In this document: positions 38,990 through 52,720 of the stretch, in pieces
How positions within the stretch are numbered: the first letter of the stretch is position 1
Layout: each line of letters begins with the position of its first letter
Assembly: GCA_951406725.2 (NCBI GenBank)
Contig: OX597822.1
Span: forward strand, 33,728,001-33,792,000
Length of the DNA: 64,000 nucleotides
Origin: Octopus vulgaris
Taxonomy: Eukaryota
Direction: 5' to 3'
The notes under the pieces: model-generated
What the model was told of the DNA's origin: nothing
The model's database searches: none
Seen by the model: only the letters and a program-made list of their open reading frames with translations
Made by a program: the position numbers and the translations under genes

Positions 38990-39150
38990 TACGACAGGCT
39001 TCTTTCAGTTTCCGTCTACCAAATCCACTCACAAGGCATTGGTCGGCCCGGGGCTATAGCAGAAGACACTTGCCCAAGGTGCCACGCAGTGGGACCGAAC
39101 CCGGAACCATGTGGTTGGTAGACAAGCTACTTACCACACAGCCACTCCTT
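38711..39150 (-). mobile_element. SINE family A with internal (TA)n
   Basis: Near-consensus reverse-complement copy. Confidence 0.88.
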
Positions 39151-40827
39151 CTTATCTTAAAATGGTAGCACGCTACTTGAAGGAATTTGGTTGCTATTTC
39201 TAGCAGAACGAGAGACCACTCAGAGCAAAGTGACAACAGAAATTCTTTGCGGTCGGTCTCTCCATTAGTCATAAATATTCACAATTCATTTCATATAAGT
39301 CACCTAATGAATGCTGCTGTTGTGATAACTGCTTCACTGTAGAGAGATAAGCTAACACTGAATCAAGAACATAAGCTCGTTTTCGATTTTTTTTTTTTTG
39401 TGTGATTGAAGCTATTTCTTTTCTCCTACGTCACTATTGACCTTGATTGAATATTGCAAGTTCAATTGTTTTCTCCCTTCCATAAGAAGCCAATACGACA
39501 GCTTAGCTAATCGACTGATACTTCTGTTCATGAAAAGGTCAATTCAATTGTATCAGACTTAGGTGGGTTAAAATATTGATTTCTAACTTAGACAGACGCA
39601 ACAGCACAAATTTATTCAAGAGGAGAACAAGTCTATTTGACTACCATACCTTTTACCAAGGGCATTTGCAAATTACGTGAAAATCGTAAAGCTGAATCTG
39701 CGAATTGGTCTCTGCTTATCCAGACTCAACGTTATAGAAGACCAGCGCTTTAAAATCCTTCCCATTATTTATAAATAATAATAAAAATTATTTGTTTATT
39801 ACTATGTTTTCCTTGCCTTTCATCCTTTTGGGGTCGATAAAATAAGTACTAGTCGAGGACTGGGGATCGATGTCATCGGCTATATCCCCATCCCCCAAAG
39901 TTGCTGGATTTTTACCACAATTTGAAACCAATGTATCATGTTTAAAAGAATAACAATACTGACACACTTACGAACGGGTATACACATACACACATTTGTT
40001 AAGGGCATAGGATGGTTTGTGTTTCTTTTACTTTCTCCATTTCTGTGAAAAGAAATGGTGAAATGCTGCATAAAATTGAACACATACAGAGTGATTCTGG
40101 AAGCTTCCGTTTGTATTTTGAATTAACACGGCAGTACTTAACACTTCATGATTTCAAATGACAAATACCAAACAGACAATTGTATTGAAATTACTCTTAA
40201 CAGTTCAATGAATAAAAAAAATAATGATGTTCAGACGTAGTTGTATTTTTTAATTTATTTCTAATTTATTTCTAATTATGTGATAAAATTCTTCGATAAA
40301 TAAAACTTGAGAATGGATAAAATTTGTAAAACTAGTTGATCCGACGCCACATTGTTGCTTCCATTATCGATTACGAGTGATTGTATTTGTTTTTTTCTTT
40401 TTCTTTCCTTGTTTCTTAATCCGCATTGTTTTTATGTACGATCATTGAGTAACTCAAACTATGTGAAAGTTATTATCGAAATATATGAAAGTGACTAAGC
40501 TTGGATAATTGAAGAATATCAAAGGTGAATTATAAAACCTAATTGCGGATGAATCAAGCGATTGTTACGCCGATTAGTATCAATTAAAAAAAAAACAGAA
40601 AAGCAAGATAGCTTAGGTGAAAGCAAAGATTATTATTGTACGTACACTAAACATACTGCAAGTTCAAGTAAAAAAATATATAATGTTCATATGCGGATTA
40701 ATATGAGATTCATACATGTGCAACATAAGTACGATGCCGTACTACTTACTGACAATATAGTAATCTCATGTAAAATATCTTCTGCTACGCGATATAAATT
40801 TGAACTTTGTGCATGGCTCAAAGCCCG

Positions 40828-41364
40828 TACATCCTCTGCGAATTTGTTCAGATACCATTCACAAAATTGAACTCTCTGATCAGGATCATCTTCACTGAGG
40901 GCTTGAATTAATGTTGGAACGTAACTTTTCCAATGAGCTCGTTTCAACATCCGATGACCACTCGATTTTGGGATTCCTATCTCACGACTCACTTGTCTTA
41001 CGGATTTCTTTGGGGTTCGGAAAAGGGTTTCCATTAATTGGTTGTATCTATTGGGGCTGGTGGATGTTCGTGGTCCTCCAGAGCATTACTGACTAACGTT
41101 CTGAAGTGTTCCGTATGCTTCAAATTTATCTCTGATGCGAGCAATAGTACGTCTTGTTGGTGGTGTCTTCTGAAACTGTCTGTTAAATTGTCTTTGCACT
41201 TCCGTGACATTTTCATGCTTCCAGTAGCACTTTAATATAATTTTTTTTCCTCAAACGTTAGTTGTGCATTTGCCATTGTGAAGGGTTGGTTGCGTCTGAA
41301 ATAAAAAAAACAATATATTAGTAATCGTCTGTCAAGAGTGAGTACATCTTTTTGGGACACCCTG
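40828..41364 (-). mobile_element. Truncated Tc1/mariner-superfamily element (DUF4817-type HTH transposase N-terminus)
   Basis: TA|CAGGGTGTCCCAAAAAGATGTACTCAC terminus; MANAQLTFEEK...QRQF...PTRRTIARIRDKFE...TPKKSVRQVSREIGIPKSS...DPDQRVQFCEW across frameshifts. Confidence 0.75.
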
Positions 41365-41375
41365 TATATATAAAA

Positions 41376-41436
<61 letters not shown>

Positions 41437-42246
41437 TATATACACACATATATATAAACACATACGCAGGCGCACACATACACACACGCACACACACATA
41501 CATATGTATATGCACGCACACATTATTACGATGCGATGGACTTTCTATTACCTATATTTATTTCAAGATACTATTTTGGGTTCTGTCTCGTCAACAGCAT
41601 ACACCTCTTGGGATGCATTCCATCCCCGCTTTGTTCGCTGTCTTAATATGTCTTAATAATTCTAAGTATTATTTCATTAGTATTGTTTTCACTGTAGAAT
41701 AACTGCCATAAGGCAATTTATATTAACTATTAGTCAAATTCAAGCAAGATAGTTTGGTGTTGCATATTTGGACATCTCTGTTAATAAAGATATGTGCGCC
41801 AATATTAAATACATATTTAAGACATACACAGTAAATGACTACGGCCATTTAATCAGTGACATCCCAGGAAAGAATCAGTGAAGCTGGCCTCATATTTGTT
41901 TGGTACACCGTGGACAGCAATGTACCACAAATGGTAATTTTAGCAGGATTTGCTTTCCATAGTTCATTCTATCTTGCCGGTATATATTTTATATCTATCT
42001 GTTACATGATTTGAATATTGAAGCAATGATCATAGAATAGTTTTATTGATGGTGAGACTATCAATAAGTGGAAAGGACAATAAAAGTAATGTTTGGAGAT
42101 GACAAAAAGAGAACACTCAATTGCAAAGTGGTCACCCCCAACCAGGGGATAAAAGTCACCAGTAAGAAACTCCAACGTTAGAGGAGAGAAACCGAAAGAA
42201 AAACAATAAAAGAGCCAAGCAGCGGTGTACAGACAGAGACAGCAGA

Positions 42247-42932
42247 GTGGGGGCAATGGCCCAGTGGTTAGGGCAGCGGATGCGCGGTCGTAAGAACGCG
42301 GTTTCAATTCCCAGACCGGGCTTAGGTGTTTTTGAGCAAAAACACCTAAGCTCCACGAGGCTCCGGTGGGAGTGGGGGTGAACCCCGCTGTACTCTTTCA
42401 CCACAACTTTCTCTCACTTTTTCTTCCTACTTCTGCCACAAAGCAGAGGAACCATGGTGTAACCCACTGTGGTGTAGTAAACTTTCAGACCCTAGTCTAG
42501 ATTGCGAATCCTCTGTACCCCAGGATGGTTCAGCTCTCCACCCGTTAAAAGCCACCGTTTACGGAATGAGGATAACAACGTAGCTTTCGCGCCGTGCAAC
42601 CGCTAGTCTATCGCGTGTGGTGGGTGGATCTTCAAGTTGCCACACGCATTCTTAGTAGCATAGAGTAGACTTGAATCAGAGATTATTCTTTGTGGCTAAT
42701 GGCGCGAGTCCTGATTGGAAGAAGAAGAAGAAGAAGAAGAAGAAGAAGAAGAAGAAGAAGAAGAAGAAGAAGAAGAAGAAGAAGAAGAAGAAGAAGAAGA
42801 AGAAGAAGAAGAAGAAGAAGAAGAAGAAGAAGAAGAAGAAGAAGAAGAAGAAAAAGAAGAAGAAAAAGAAGACGAAGAAGAAGAAGAAGAAGAAGAAGAA
42901 GAAGAAGAAGAAGAAGAAGAAGAAGAAGAAGA
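42247..42932 (+). mobile_element. SINE family C with long (GAA)n tail
   Basis: tRNA head TGGCCCAGTGG...GGTTTCAATTCC, ~470-bp body, (GAA)n 42718-42932; second copy at 55941-56458. Confidence 0.8.
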
Positions 42933-43451
42933 AACGCAGTAAATATCATAGAAGATCGTTCGTGAGGAGACATACAATCTTCCCGAAGAAAAATCTGGTG
43001 CGAAGAGAAGGAGTTTAGTCGTTATGTTCAGTGGCTGGAAGAAATTCAGATTAATTATTTTGCCTGCATTATACCCAGTGATAACATTGCAACTGTAATT
43101 CAAAATCTTCTGGACGGAAAAACACCCGAAAGAGACTTGATCGTTGGATACTGGTAAAAGAAGTTAGCCTTCTACCGATTGATGAGATGATGTCGCAAGG
43201 AACATCCTGAGATTAAAGAGGTAAGAACCCACTGTGTGGTAGAGAAAGTAAACACTCATAATATCAAAGAGTACTGATGAAAGCGTCAATAAAGTGCGAA
43301 AATAATAGACAAGACATAGTGACTTGGGAGAGAGAAGAGAAACTATGTTCAGTGGTGTAAAAATTAGTTGCCGAGTGGATGTCAACCTAAAGTGAAAGAC
43401 CAGCGGAAAGGAAGACACCTAGGCTGTCCTACTGAGAGATTAACAGCCAGT

Positions 43452-43850
43452 CTATTTCTTTACTGCCCACAAGGAGCTACACACAGAGGGGACAAATACG
43501 GACAGGCAAACGGATTAAGTCGATTATATCGTCCCCAGTGCGTAACTGGTACTTATTTAATCGACCCTGAAAGGATGAAAGGCAAAGTCGACCGCGGCGG
43601 AATTTGAACTCAGAACGTAGCGGCAGACGAAATACCTATTTCTTTACTACCCGCAAGGAGCTAAACACAGAAGGGACAAACAAGGACAGACAAACGGATT
43701 AAGTCGATTACATCGACCCCAGTGCGCAACTGGTACTTAATTTATCGACCCCGAAAGGATGAAAGGCAAAGTCAACCTCGGTGGAATTTGAATTCAGAAA
43801 TATGGCTACGTATTTCGCCCGGCGTGCTAACGATTCTGCCAGCTCACCAC
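43452..43850 (-). mobile_element. SINE family B dimer
   Basis: Two reverse-complement body units plus head. Confidence 0.8.
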
Positions 43851-43989
43851 CTTCAATCTGGACAACAATTTCAGTCACTCTATCTGGACTACAAGTTCAG
43901 ATTTATACACATAATTATTGCTGTACTTGGATATGTAACAATTATTGGGTGTGTAGTGAGGGTAGAGTCTTCAGGTATTTTCTCCATAC

Positions 43990-44400
43990 GGTCCTATTAG
44001 AAGCAACCGTCATTAGACTTCAAACTGAGGTTACCACCTCGTTCTTGATCTACCCCTAGGTTTCCTGCAGGTTGGCCCGCCTTGAAGAATCCGTTTTGTG
44101 ATTCTTCATACGACATTCTAATCACATGTCCGTAGAACCGGCGCTGTGACCTCCCATTGCAGAGAAATAATGGCTCGACCTGGAACGACTCCCCGATGTC
44201 CAAGCTACGCACTCTATCGAGTAACGTTACTCCAGAAATCCTTCGCAGGAACACCACAGCGGCCGCTTGTATTCACAGTCGTACTCTTTTGATCATTACT
44301 CATTATTAATGACTATATTTGAGGATAGGCACAACCAAATTGAAGATAATGAGTTTGGCTTTTTTCCCAACTTCTCCAAGCCGTTGAATACCGTACTTGC
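43990..44400 (-). pseudogene. RTE-like LINE C-terminal fragment
   Basis: FLRRISGVTLLDRVRS...RFYGHVIRM. Confidence 0.6.
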
Positions 44401-44689
44401 TAAAAGTTAGAGTTTTACCTTTTAATCTGTCTGGCGAAGTGAGTAACATTAAAATAGTACCAGTGATATACAGGTGTATCAACTATTTCGACTTTGGACA
44501 AAATTGTTCTCTCCTTCACAAATATCTGGTTTCGAAGCATAGTAAGTAATCAATAATATCTTGTTTCTGGTACTGCATCAGCAACAGGCATAAACAGCAA
44601 TGAAAATAAACACGTTTTTCTTTGAAACGGGTGGGGGTAAATAATATGTTCACAGAGATAAATTTGAAATAATAGAAGAAGGGTAGAAG

Positions 44690-45540
44690 TGGTGGCAGTG
44701 TTGGGGGTCGCGGTGACGGTGCTGTTGCTAGTGGGTGAGTAGTGATGCTGGAGGTTATGATGATGGTGATGGTTGTGGTGGTAATGGTTACAAGAAGCGG
44801 TAGTGGTCGTGGTGGTTGTGGTGGAGGTGGTGGTGGTGGTGGTGGTACTGAGATAAGGATTGTGGCGATGATGGCTGTGGAGGCGTCAGGGGTACTAAAG
44901 GTGCGAAGAAAGGTAGCGGTGGTGGTGATGACAGTGGTAGTGGTGTTAGTAGCATCAATCGCTGTGGTAGCAGTATTGAGGTGTTGGTAATAATAAAGAT
45001 AAAAAAGGTACAAATAGTGGTCATGCTGGTGATGGTGGTGGTGATAATGGTGATAGCGCTGATGACGTTGGTGTCAGAAATCGTGGAGGTGGTGGTGGTG
45101 GTGGTCATGATGGTGATGGCGCTGATGATGTTGGTGTCAGAAATCGTGGAGGTGGTGGTGGTGGTGGTGGCGATGGTGGTGGTGGTGATGGCGCTGATGA
45201 TGCTGGTGTCAGAAATCGTGATGGTGGAGGTGGTGGTGGCGGCGGTGGTGGTGGTGGTGGTGGTCATGATGGTGATGGCGCTGATGATGTTGGTGTCAGA
45301 AATCGTGGTGGTGGTGTAGTGGTGATGATGATGGTGGTGGTTGTCATAGTGGTAGTGGCGGAGATGACTGTGCTGGTAGTGATCGTAGGTGTACTAGTGG
45401 CGGGGCAGCGAAGGTAGTAATGATGACAGTGGTGTTAGTACCAGTGGTGCTGGTGGCGGTAGTGTTACTGTTTGTTGTTGTTGCTGTTGTTGTAGGTGGT
45501 GGTGGTGATGGTGGTGGTGGTGGTGGTGGTGGTTGCGTAG
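44690..45540. repeat. (GGT/GAT) low-complexity tract containing a ~60-bp minisatellite (45040-45320)
   Basis: Four copies of GATGGCGCTGATGATGTTGGTGTCAGAAATCGTG with variable (GGT)n spacers. Confidence 0.8.
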
Positions 45541-45992
45541 GAGAAGGCAGCGATGGCAGTGACGAAAACAAGTTTTTCGTTAATTGGGCACATGCAAGAA
45601 AAGAAGAAGAAAAAGATAAGGAAAAAAAGAAGAAAAAGAAGGGTAAGGAAGATATATATCGGAGGTAGATGGTGTGAAGAACATCTCCATATGGAGAGAG
45701 TATACAGAGAAAAACCCAACACACACATACACACACACACATGCATACACACACATACAGGCATATACGTGCGTGTGTGTGTGAATGAGAAAGGCCAAGA
45801 CTATATAAAAACCAGTGACGTCAGCAAATGTGTGGAGAAACATCAGGAACAATTTCATGAACAAAATAAGACAAGAAGTATTTTATAACGATTCTATAAA
45901 GGAATAAATGCTACACACACATTCACACACACACACACACACACACAGATGTAAGGATGTGTATATCTACCTGGCTACATGTGTACGTGTGT

Positions 45993-46028
<36 letters not shown>

Positions 46029-46129
46029 GTGTGCATGGAGATAGATACAAAGACAGACAGACAGGCAGGCTGACGGCCACATAGATAGAAAGATAGATAT
46101 ACTTTCATATGTACAAGTATTCATACATA

Positions 46130-46221
46130 CAGACATTGACAGACTGGTAGACGGACAGACAGACTGACAGACAGGCAGACAGACAGACAGATAGATAGGT
46201 GGATAGATAAATTAGATAGAT

Positions 46222-46277
<56 letters not shown>

Positions 46278-46328
46278 TAGACAGATAGACAGACATACAG
46301 ACAGACAGACAGATATATATATATATAT

Positions 46329-46409
<81 letters not shown>

Positions 46410-46429
46410 AAGACAGATATATAGATAGA

Positions 46430-46469
<40 letters not shown>

Positions 46470-46492
46470 TAGATAGATAGAGAGACAGATAT

Positions 46493-46558
<66 letters not shown>

Positions 46559-46563
46559 GGATG

Positions 46564-46628
<65 letters not shown>

Positions 46629-46893
46629 GTTCGTACATACATGCATACATGCATACATACAGAAAATGCAATTCCCTTGGTTGAGTGGCTTTGAAATAAG
46701 GATCATGGCTGGGAGAAATGCCAAAAACTGCGTGGCTCTTGTATATACGGTTCTTATGAGAATATGGACGCGGTCAAGATGCATTTCGCATCTATCGCCA
46801 ATGTCTTTGACATTGTAAGGTCACCATCAGAAAGAAGGAGGTGGAAGTTTTTAAGAGGAATACGAAGAGAAAGAAGAGTAGGGGGAGGTCGAA

Positions 46894-46961
<68 letters not shown>

Positions 46962-47147
46962 AAGGCTACAAAAGCTGAAGGACAAAAAGCCAAAAATGAA
47001 CAAAGCGGGAGAAGGAAATTGGAAATCAAGAAGAATGGAGCAAAGAAAGAAAAAGGGAGAATATATATATATATTCCACTATATATAGGTATGTATGTAT
47101 GTATGTATGTACATAGATATGTATATGCATATATATATGGATGTATC

Positions 47148-47194
<47 letters not shown>

Positions 47195-47285
47195 GTATAT
47201 ATACGTATATGTATGTATATGTATGTATATGTGTGTGTATATATATATATATATACACATACATATATATATATATATGCATATG

Positions 47286-47337
<52 letters not shown>

Positions 47338-47399
47338 TATGCATATGTACATATATATATATATATATATATGCACATATATATGCATATGTATTTATG

Positions 47400-47434
<35 letters not shown>

Positions 47435-47630
47435 TGGCATGTATGTATATGTATATTTTATATAAATACAAATATTTTTATATCATATACACTTATATTC
47501 ATCTATATATGTGTGTATGTGTGTTTGTGTGTGTGTTTATATATATATAATATAGTATAGATATATGTTTATATATATAATATAGTATAGACATATGTTT
47601 ATATATATACATGATATATATATATGTGTG
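46130..47630. repeat. Compound microsatellite field: (GATA/GACA)n, (TAG)n 46893-46960, (TA)n
   Basis: Direct reading. Confidence 0.9.
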
Positions 47631-48115
47631 TGTGTGCGCGTTTATATGTATGATATGATATACATATATAACGAAAAGTGAAAGAAAATAGAATATGAAT
47701 AAAAGGAAGGAAAAACAAATAATAATAATATTGAAATAAATGAAAGAGAAAAAGAAAAAGAACGGCGAGAGGAAAACAAAGAAGGAAAAGAAGAATGTAT
47801 GAAGCAAAGACCAACGATGGAAGGTATCGAAGTAGGAAAGACATCAGGAATGAATGAAGAGACATCGAAAGGTGAAGTAGAGTGAAAGATGGAAAGAGGA
47901 AAGAGTAGAAGTGCTGACATGTAATAAACAGCCAAAATAAAACGACTGCAGCACTGACGAAATCACTACGAAAACCCTCTCTGTGTTAGGAGTTCAGCCT
48001 GTTAGAAATAGCAGCCAAATCTTTCTTTCAATGTATCAAGTGAAATGTCTTGAATAACGGACATATTGAATTACGTAAGGGCTGCGTGTGTGATTGAATG
48101 TGTGTGTGTGAGTGT

Positions 48116-48164
<49 letters not shown>

Positions 48165-48221
48165 TGTTTGTGTGTGTGTGTGGGGGGGGTAAATGTTTTC
48201 TTTTATTGTATTTTTTTTACA

Positions 48222-48590
48222 TTTATTTCAGACATTAGACTGCGGCCATGCTGGGGCTGCACCTTTAAAGAATTTTAGTCCAGCACTCAATTTTTTAAAG
48301 CCTGGTACTTATTCTAGCGGTCGCTTTACGGGAACGCAAACACACCAAGACCGGCTCTCAAGCGGTGGTTGGGGACGATTACACATACACACACACACAT
48401 AATATAATATATATTAAAATATATACGACGGGCTTCTTTCAGTTTTCGTCTATCAAATACAGTTATCAGGCTTTTGCTGGCTCGAGTCAATAGTAGAAGA
48501 CACTTGCTCAAAGTGCCAAGCAGTGGGACTGAACCACTGCTTGGAACCCAGAGCCACGAGGCTGGGAAGCAAATTTCTTACCACAATACT
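48222..48590 (-). mobile_element. SINE family A, diverged
   Basis: Recognisable tail, CORE-like and head segments. Confidence 0.65.
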
Positions 48591-48698
48591 TTACTTTTAT
48601 TCCCTTTCAGGTACATCTTGGAGATTTCATGGAATGCATTGTCAGTGATGTTTCTGAGGTCTCCTACTTACTGCACCAGTAAGTCCAAGCCTATATAA

Positions 48699-48775
48699 AC
48701 AGGGGTTGGACAAAATAATGGAAACACCTAGCATCAGAGCATCATAATTTTGAAATATCTATAAAACCGTCAAAT
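48699..48775 (+). mobile_element. Isolated Tc1-like terminal inverted repeat fragment
   Basis: CAGGGGTTGGACAAAATAATGGAAACACC, typical Tc1 TIR start; no partner seen. Confidence 0.4.
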
Positions 48776-50012
48776 GTTGTCAAACAGGGTGACATCCTTG
48801 TCCCAACTCTCTTTTCTTTGTTCTTTGCTGCTTTTGTTAAGGTTAGCTCATGCTTTTGTTAAGGTTACTCATGCTTTTGTTAAGGTTAGCTCGCTCGAAA
48901 TATATGTCAGGTATCGATCTTCTAGTCACCTCTTTAATCTGCGCCGATTTGCTGCCAATTCAAAAGTTTTCCAGTCTCTTGTTCGTGACCTTCGTTATGC
49001 AGATGACTGTGACTTAGTCACTTATGCAGTGAATGACATGCAAATACTTATGAATTGTATTTCTGCTTCTTGCAAAGCTTTTAGACTCAGCATTAGCCAG
49101 TACAAAACTGTTGTAATGTTCCAGCCTGCACCAGGAAATACATATGGAGAGCCTGCTATCCTGGTTGAAGGAACAATTCTGAAAATGGTAGACAAGTTTG
49201 TCTACCTGGGCAGCACACTCAGCCGTTCTTGCTCCCTGGATGATGAAATATCTTTCAGGCTGCAGAGAGCAAATGATTCCTTCCGGTCTATTCAGTCTCG
49301 TGTCTGGTCCCAGCATGGCTTCACAAAGCAAACAAAATTGCTGTGTACCGTGCATGTGTACTGACATCGCTCCTTTACTCAGGTGAGACATGGACCCTTT
49401 ACAAGCGTCATGTAAGGGTCCTTGAATGCTTTCATCAGAGATGTCTCAGACACCTTCTGAAGGTTGACTGGAACTTTAAAACTCCAGAGATACAGCTCCC
49501 GAGGACAGCTGATATCTTGAGTACTGAGGCGATGGTGCACAAGCACCGATTACGTTGGACTGGATACCTTATAAGAATGAAGAATAGCGAGATCCATAAG
49601 CAGATGCTATATGGGGAACTTATGAATGGAAAGATACCCCGGCAGAAACCAAGGCTGCAATTTAAAGACTGCGTCAAGTCCTCATTTAAGTCCTGTGATA
49701 TGCAGGACACTGACTGGGAGAACAATGCCTGTCATCGCCACAGATGGAGGAAGCAGTTAAGGAGGGGATCGACACTTTTGAGAGAGCACTATCCAGCATG
49801 AAGAACTTAAGCGAGCTGCGCGAAAGCGCACAGCTCGTATAGTGAATGGGGAAAGCTTGGTCTGCAATGTTTGCAGTCGTGTATGCTTGTCAAGAGCAGG
49901 GCTCATTAGCCACCAACGGAGCCGCAAATGCAAAATATAAGTTAGTCCTAGAGCGCACAATGTGCCTGAAGGTCGGCAATGGTCTTCCTCGGTCACTAGT
50001 GGACGGCCATCA
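48775..50012 (+). pseudogene. 5'-truncated RTE (BovB-like) LINE
   Basis: VKQGDILVPTLF, YADDCDL, FVYLGSTLS, LLYSGETW, RLRWTGYL, terminal C2H2 finger CNVCSRVCLSRAGLISH; frameshifted; 22-bp triplication at ~48830-48892. Confidence 0.88.
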
Positions 50013-50033
50013 CATATATATGTATGTAATATA

Positions 50034-50069
<36 letters not shown>

Positions 50070-50102
50070 TGTATGTATGTATGTATGTATGTATGTATGT
50101 AT

Positions 50103-50522
50103 ATAGCAGTGTCGTAAGAAGCCTGCTTTCCAGTCACATGGTTGCGGGTTCAGTCCCACTGAGTGGAACCTTAGGTAAGTGTCTTTTACTAAAGCCACGT
50201 GTCGACCCAAGCCTTGTTGAGTGTATTTGGTAGACAGAAACTTAAAGAAGCTCGTTGTATATGTTTGTATATATTTGTGTGTGTGTTTTTCTTTGTATGT
50301 GCGTGTACGCGTGTATGTGTGTGCCTGTGGTTGTTCTCCCCTCCCCCCACTAGAGCCATCACTTGACAACTGATGCTGGTGTTTATGTTGCCGTAACTTA
50401 GGGGTTCGGCACAAGAGCCATAAAAGGAAGTACTAGGCTTACAAAGAATAAGACCTTGGGTCGATTTCTTTGACTAAAGCCGATTACGGCATTGCTCCAG
50501 CACGGCCGCAGTCAAATAAAAG
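50103..50522 (+). mobile_element. SINE family A, diverged
   Basis: Recognisable head, body and tail. Confidence 0.7.
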
Positions 50523-50524
50523 AA

Positions 50525-50604
<80 letters not shown>

Positions 50605-50608
<4 letters not shown>

Positions 50609-51690
50609 GCCTCCCTTTACGTAAAAGAGTAGCGGTCCATAAAGAACAAATAAATCTCCCAGAATACCGGCAAATTCCACTAAGTAGCCACATAGACTCA
50701 TGTGCTAAAGACAAAAATCCCAAATTTTACATATTCCCCTTCTACCTATGTAAAGACGGAATCACCACACAAGAGAGAATTAACAAGGAGAATCTTTTAT
50801 TGAAAAATTCAAAACGCATCTTAATATGCAAACTCCTCGTTGATCATACTTGTTTTTTCTACCTCATTCTTCATGGATGGACTAATACAAATATATAAGG
50901 ATATCATGCAGTCATCACTTCAAGCTAAAACTTATATTCTTTATTTATCATTATTATTTTTGTTATTATTATGATTATTATTTTTATTTTTATTATATAT
51001 GACATAACAATCTGAAATGCAATTATAAATTGGTTTATGTAAATTTATATAATTAGAAAACAATATAAATAAAGTGTTAAAATCTGAATATTAAGTTAGC
51101 AAACAATTATATAAAAAAAGATAATGCAAATGAAGCTAAAATGATAATTTTATAATTTAAGGTTTATTAACACCCTTTATTACAAAAAATTGATAGCCCC
51201 AATTGAAGAGCTTAAAACCCACAGAGTTATCTCCTCTTACTCACAGTAACTGAATGACTACTTCCTGTTTTGACATTCATTTAACAGACATCCTAAATTA
51301 AATTAAACAGCACATGGATTTAATCACATTGATCTCAATCCTCCAAGGTAATTTTCCCAAGGACTATCATTGAACTCGAGATACACAAAGACTTTACAAT
51401 GTATCGGTGTACCTATTTTTTAATTTTTGTATATATTTATTATTTTTGCAAAAAACAATGTAATTTTCTTTTTTCCCCCTCCTCAATCCTAATTTTTTTT
51501 TCTTTTCACCTTACAATTCTTGAAAAGTTATATTGAGACGAAAACTGATTTGAATTAATATATATATATATTGTTAATGTTTCAAAATTTTCCATACACC
51601 CATTTTCATTAAAATTTACCTTCAATTTAGCATTCTGCCTTTTTATAATTTTTCCTTGCCTATCATTTCTACACGTGCGGTCAACACAAC
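50605..51690 (+). mobile_element. Penelope-like element 3' fragment (GIY-YIG C-terminus plus AT-rich tail)
   Basis: LRKRVAVHKEQIN...LSSHIDSC...FYIFPFY...ERINKE resembles the R..H/H..C/E pattern of PLE GIY-YIG domains. Confidence 0.5.
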
Positions 51691-51702
51691 CCCACCATTT
51701 AT

Positions 51703-51765
<63 letters not shown>

Positions 51766-52529
51766 AAAGATCCGCTTCGGTCATGAATGACCATTGGATT
51801 GCACCTAGAAAGTTCTCCGAGACACAAGTCTGTGCCAGGTTGTCTTTGAAAGACCAGCAGTCACCCATGCATGCCAGCCTTCACACAAGAGGAATCGATG
51901 TTAGATGTGTCGAAACAATTGTTGTGATTAATAATGTATTCTCGTATATTCCATCCTCTGTCTTTCGTTTGTTATTTACCTAACGATCATCTGAAAGTAA
52001 CCGTGCTTTACCAGTAAGCTAACAGGTGTAAACCATTCGTTTTATTATCCATATATATATATATATATATGAGATGGGCTTCCACACTTTCCGTCTACCA
52101 AATTCACTTCCAAGGCGCTAGTCGTCTTGGAGCTATTGTAGAAGTCCTTGCCCAAGGTGCCGCGCAGGAGGACCGACCTCGGAATCACGTGGTTTTGAAA
52201 CGAACTTCTTAACCACACAGCGATGCCCGTAATAACTGTATATCATTCATAAAATAGGGAAACTGTATTAACATTTACTGGCGTGTAGAGTGAGCTTGTG
52301 AGTTAGTCCTGGGTATAACATTAAACTACATCCAACGGTGAGGCTCCAGCATGGGAGTTGTGGGGAGTGTGGAATCAACCCTTAATTATCATTACTCCCA
52401 GGGTCATTCTGACCCAGAACGGTGCTACTCGTCGTCAAGTTCCCATTTATGAGTTAACTAAGTTTTTGTAAAGGTAAATTGAGCTCCTTAGCATTTAAGA
52501 GAAGAAAACTCCAAAATTAACAATTTTTT

Positions 52530-52720
52530 CTATAGGCACAAGGCCTGAAATTTTGGAGGAGGGAGATAATTGATTACATCGATCCCAGTGTTTTTCTGGC
52601 ACTTAATTTATCGACCCCGAAAGGATGAAAGGCAAAGTCGAACTCGGCAAAATTTGAACTCAAATCATGAAGACGGACGAAATATCGCTAAGCATTTATT
52701 TTCCGGTGTGCTAACAAAAA
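52530..52720 (-). mobile_element. SINE family B monomer
   Basis: CGACCCCGAAAGGATGAAAGGCAAAGTCGA. Confidence 0.7.
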
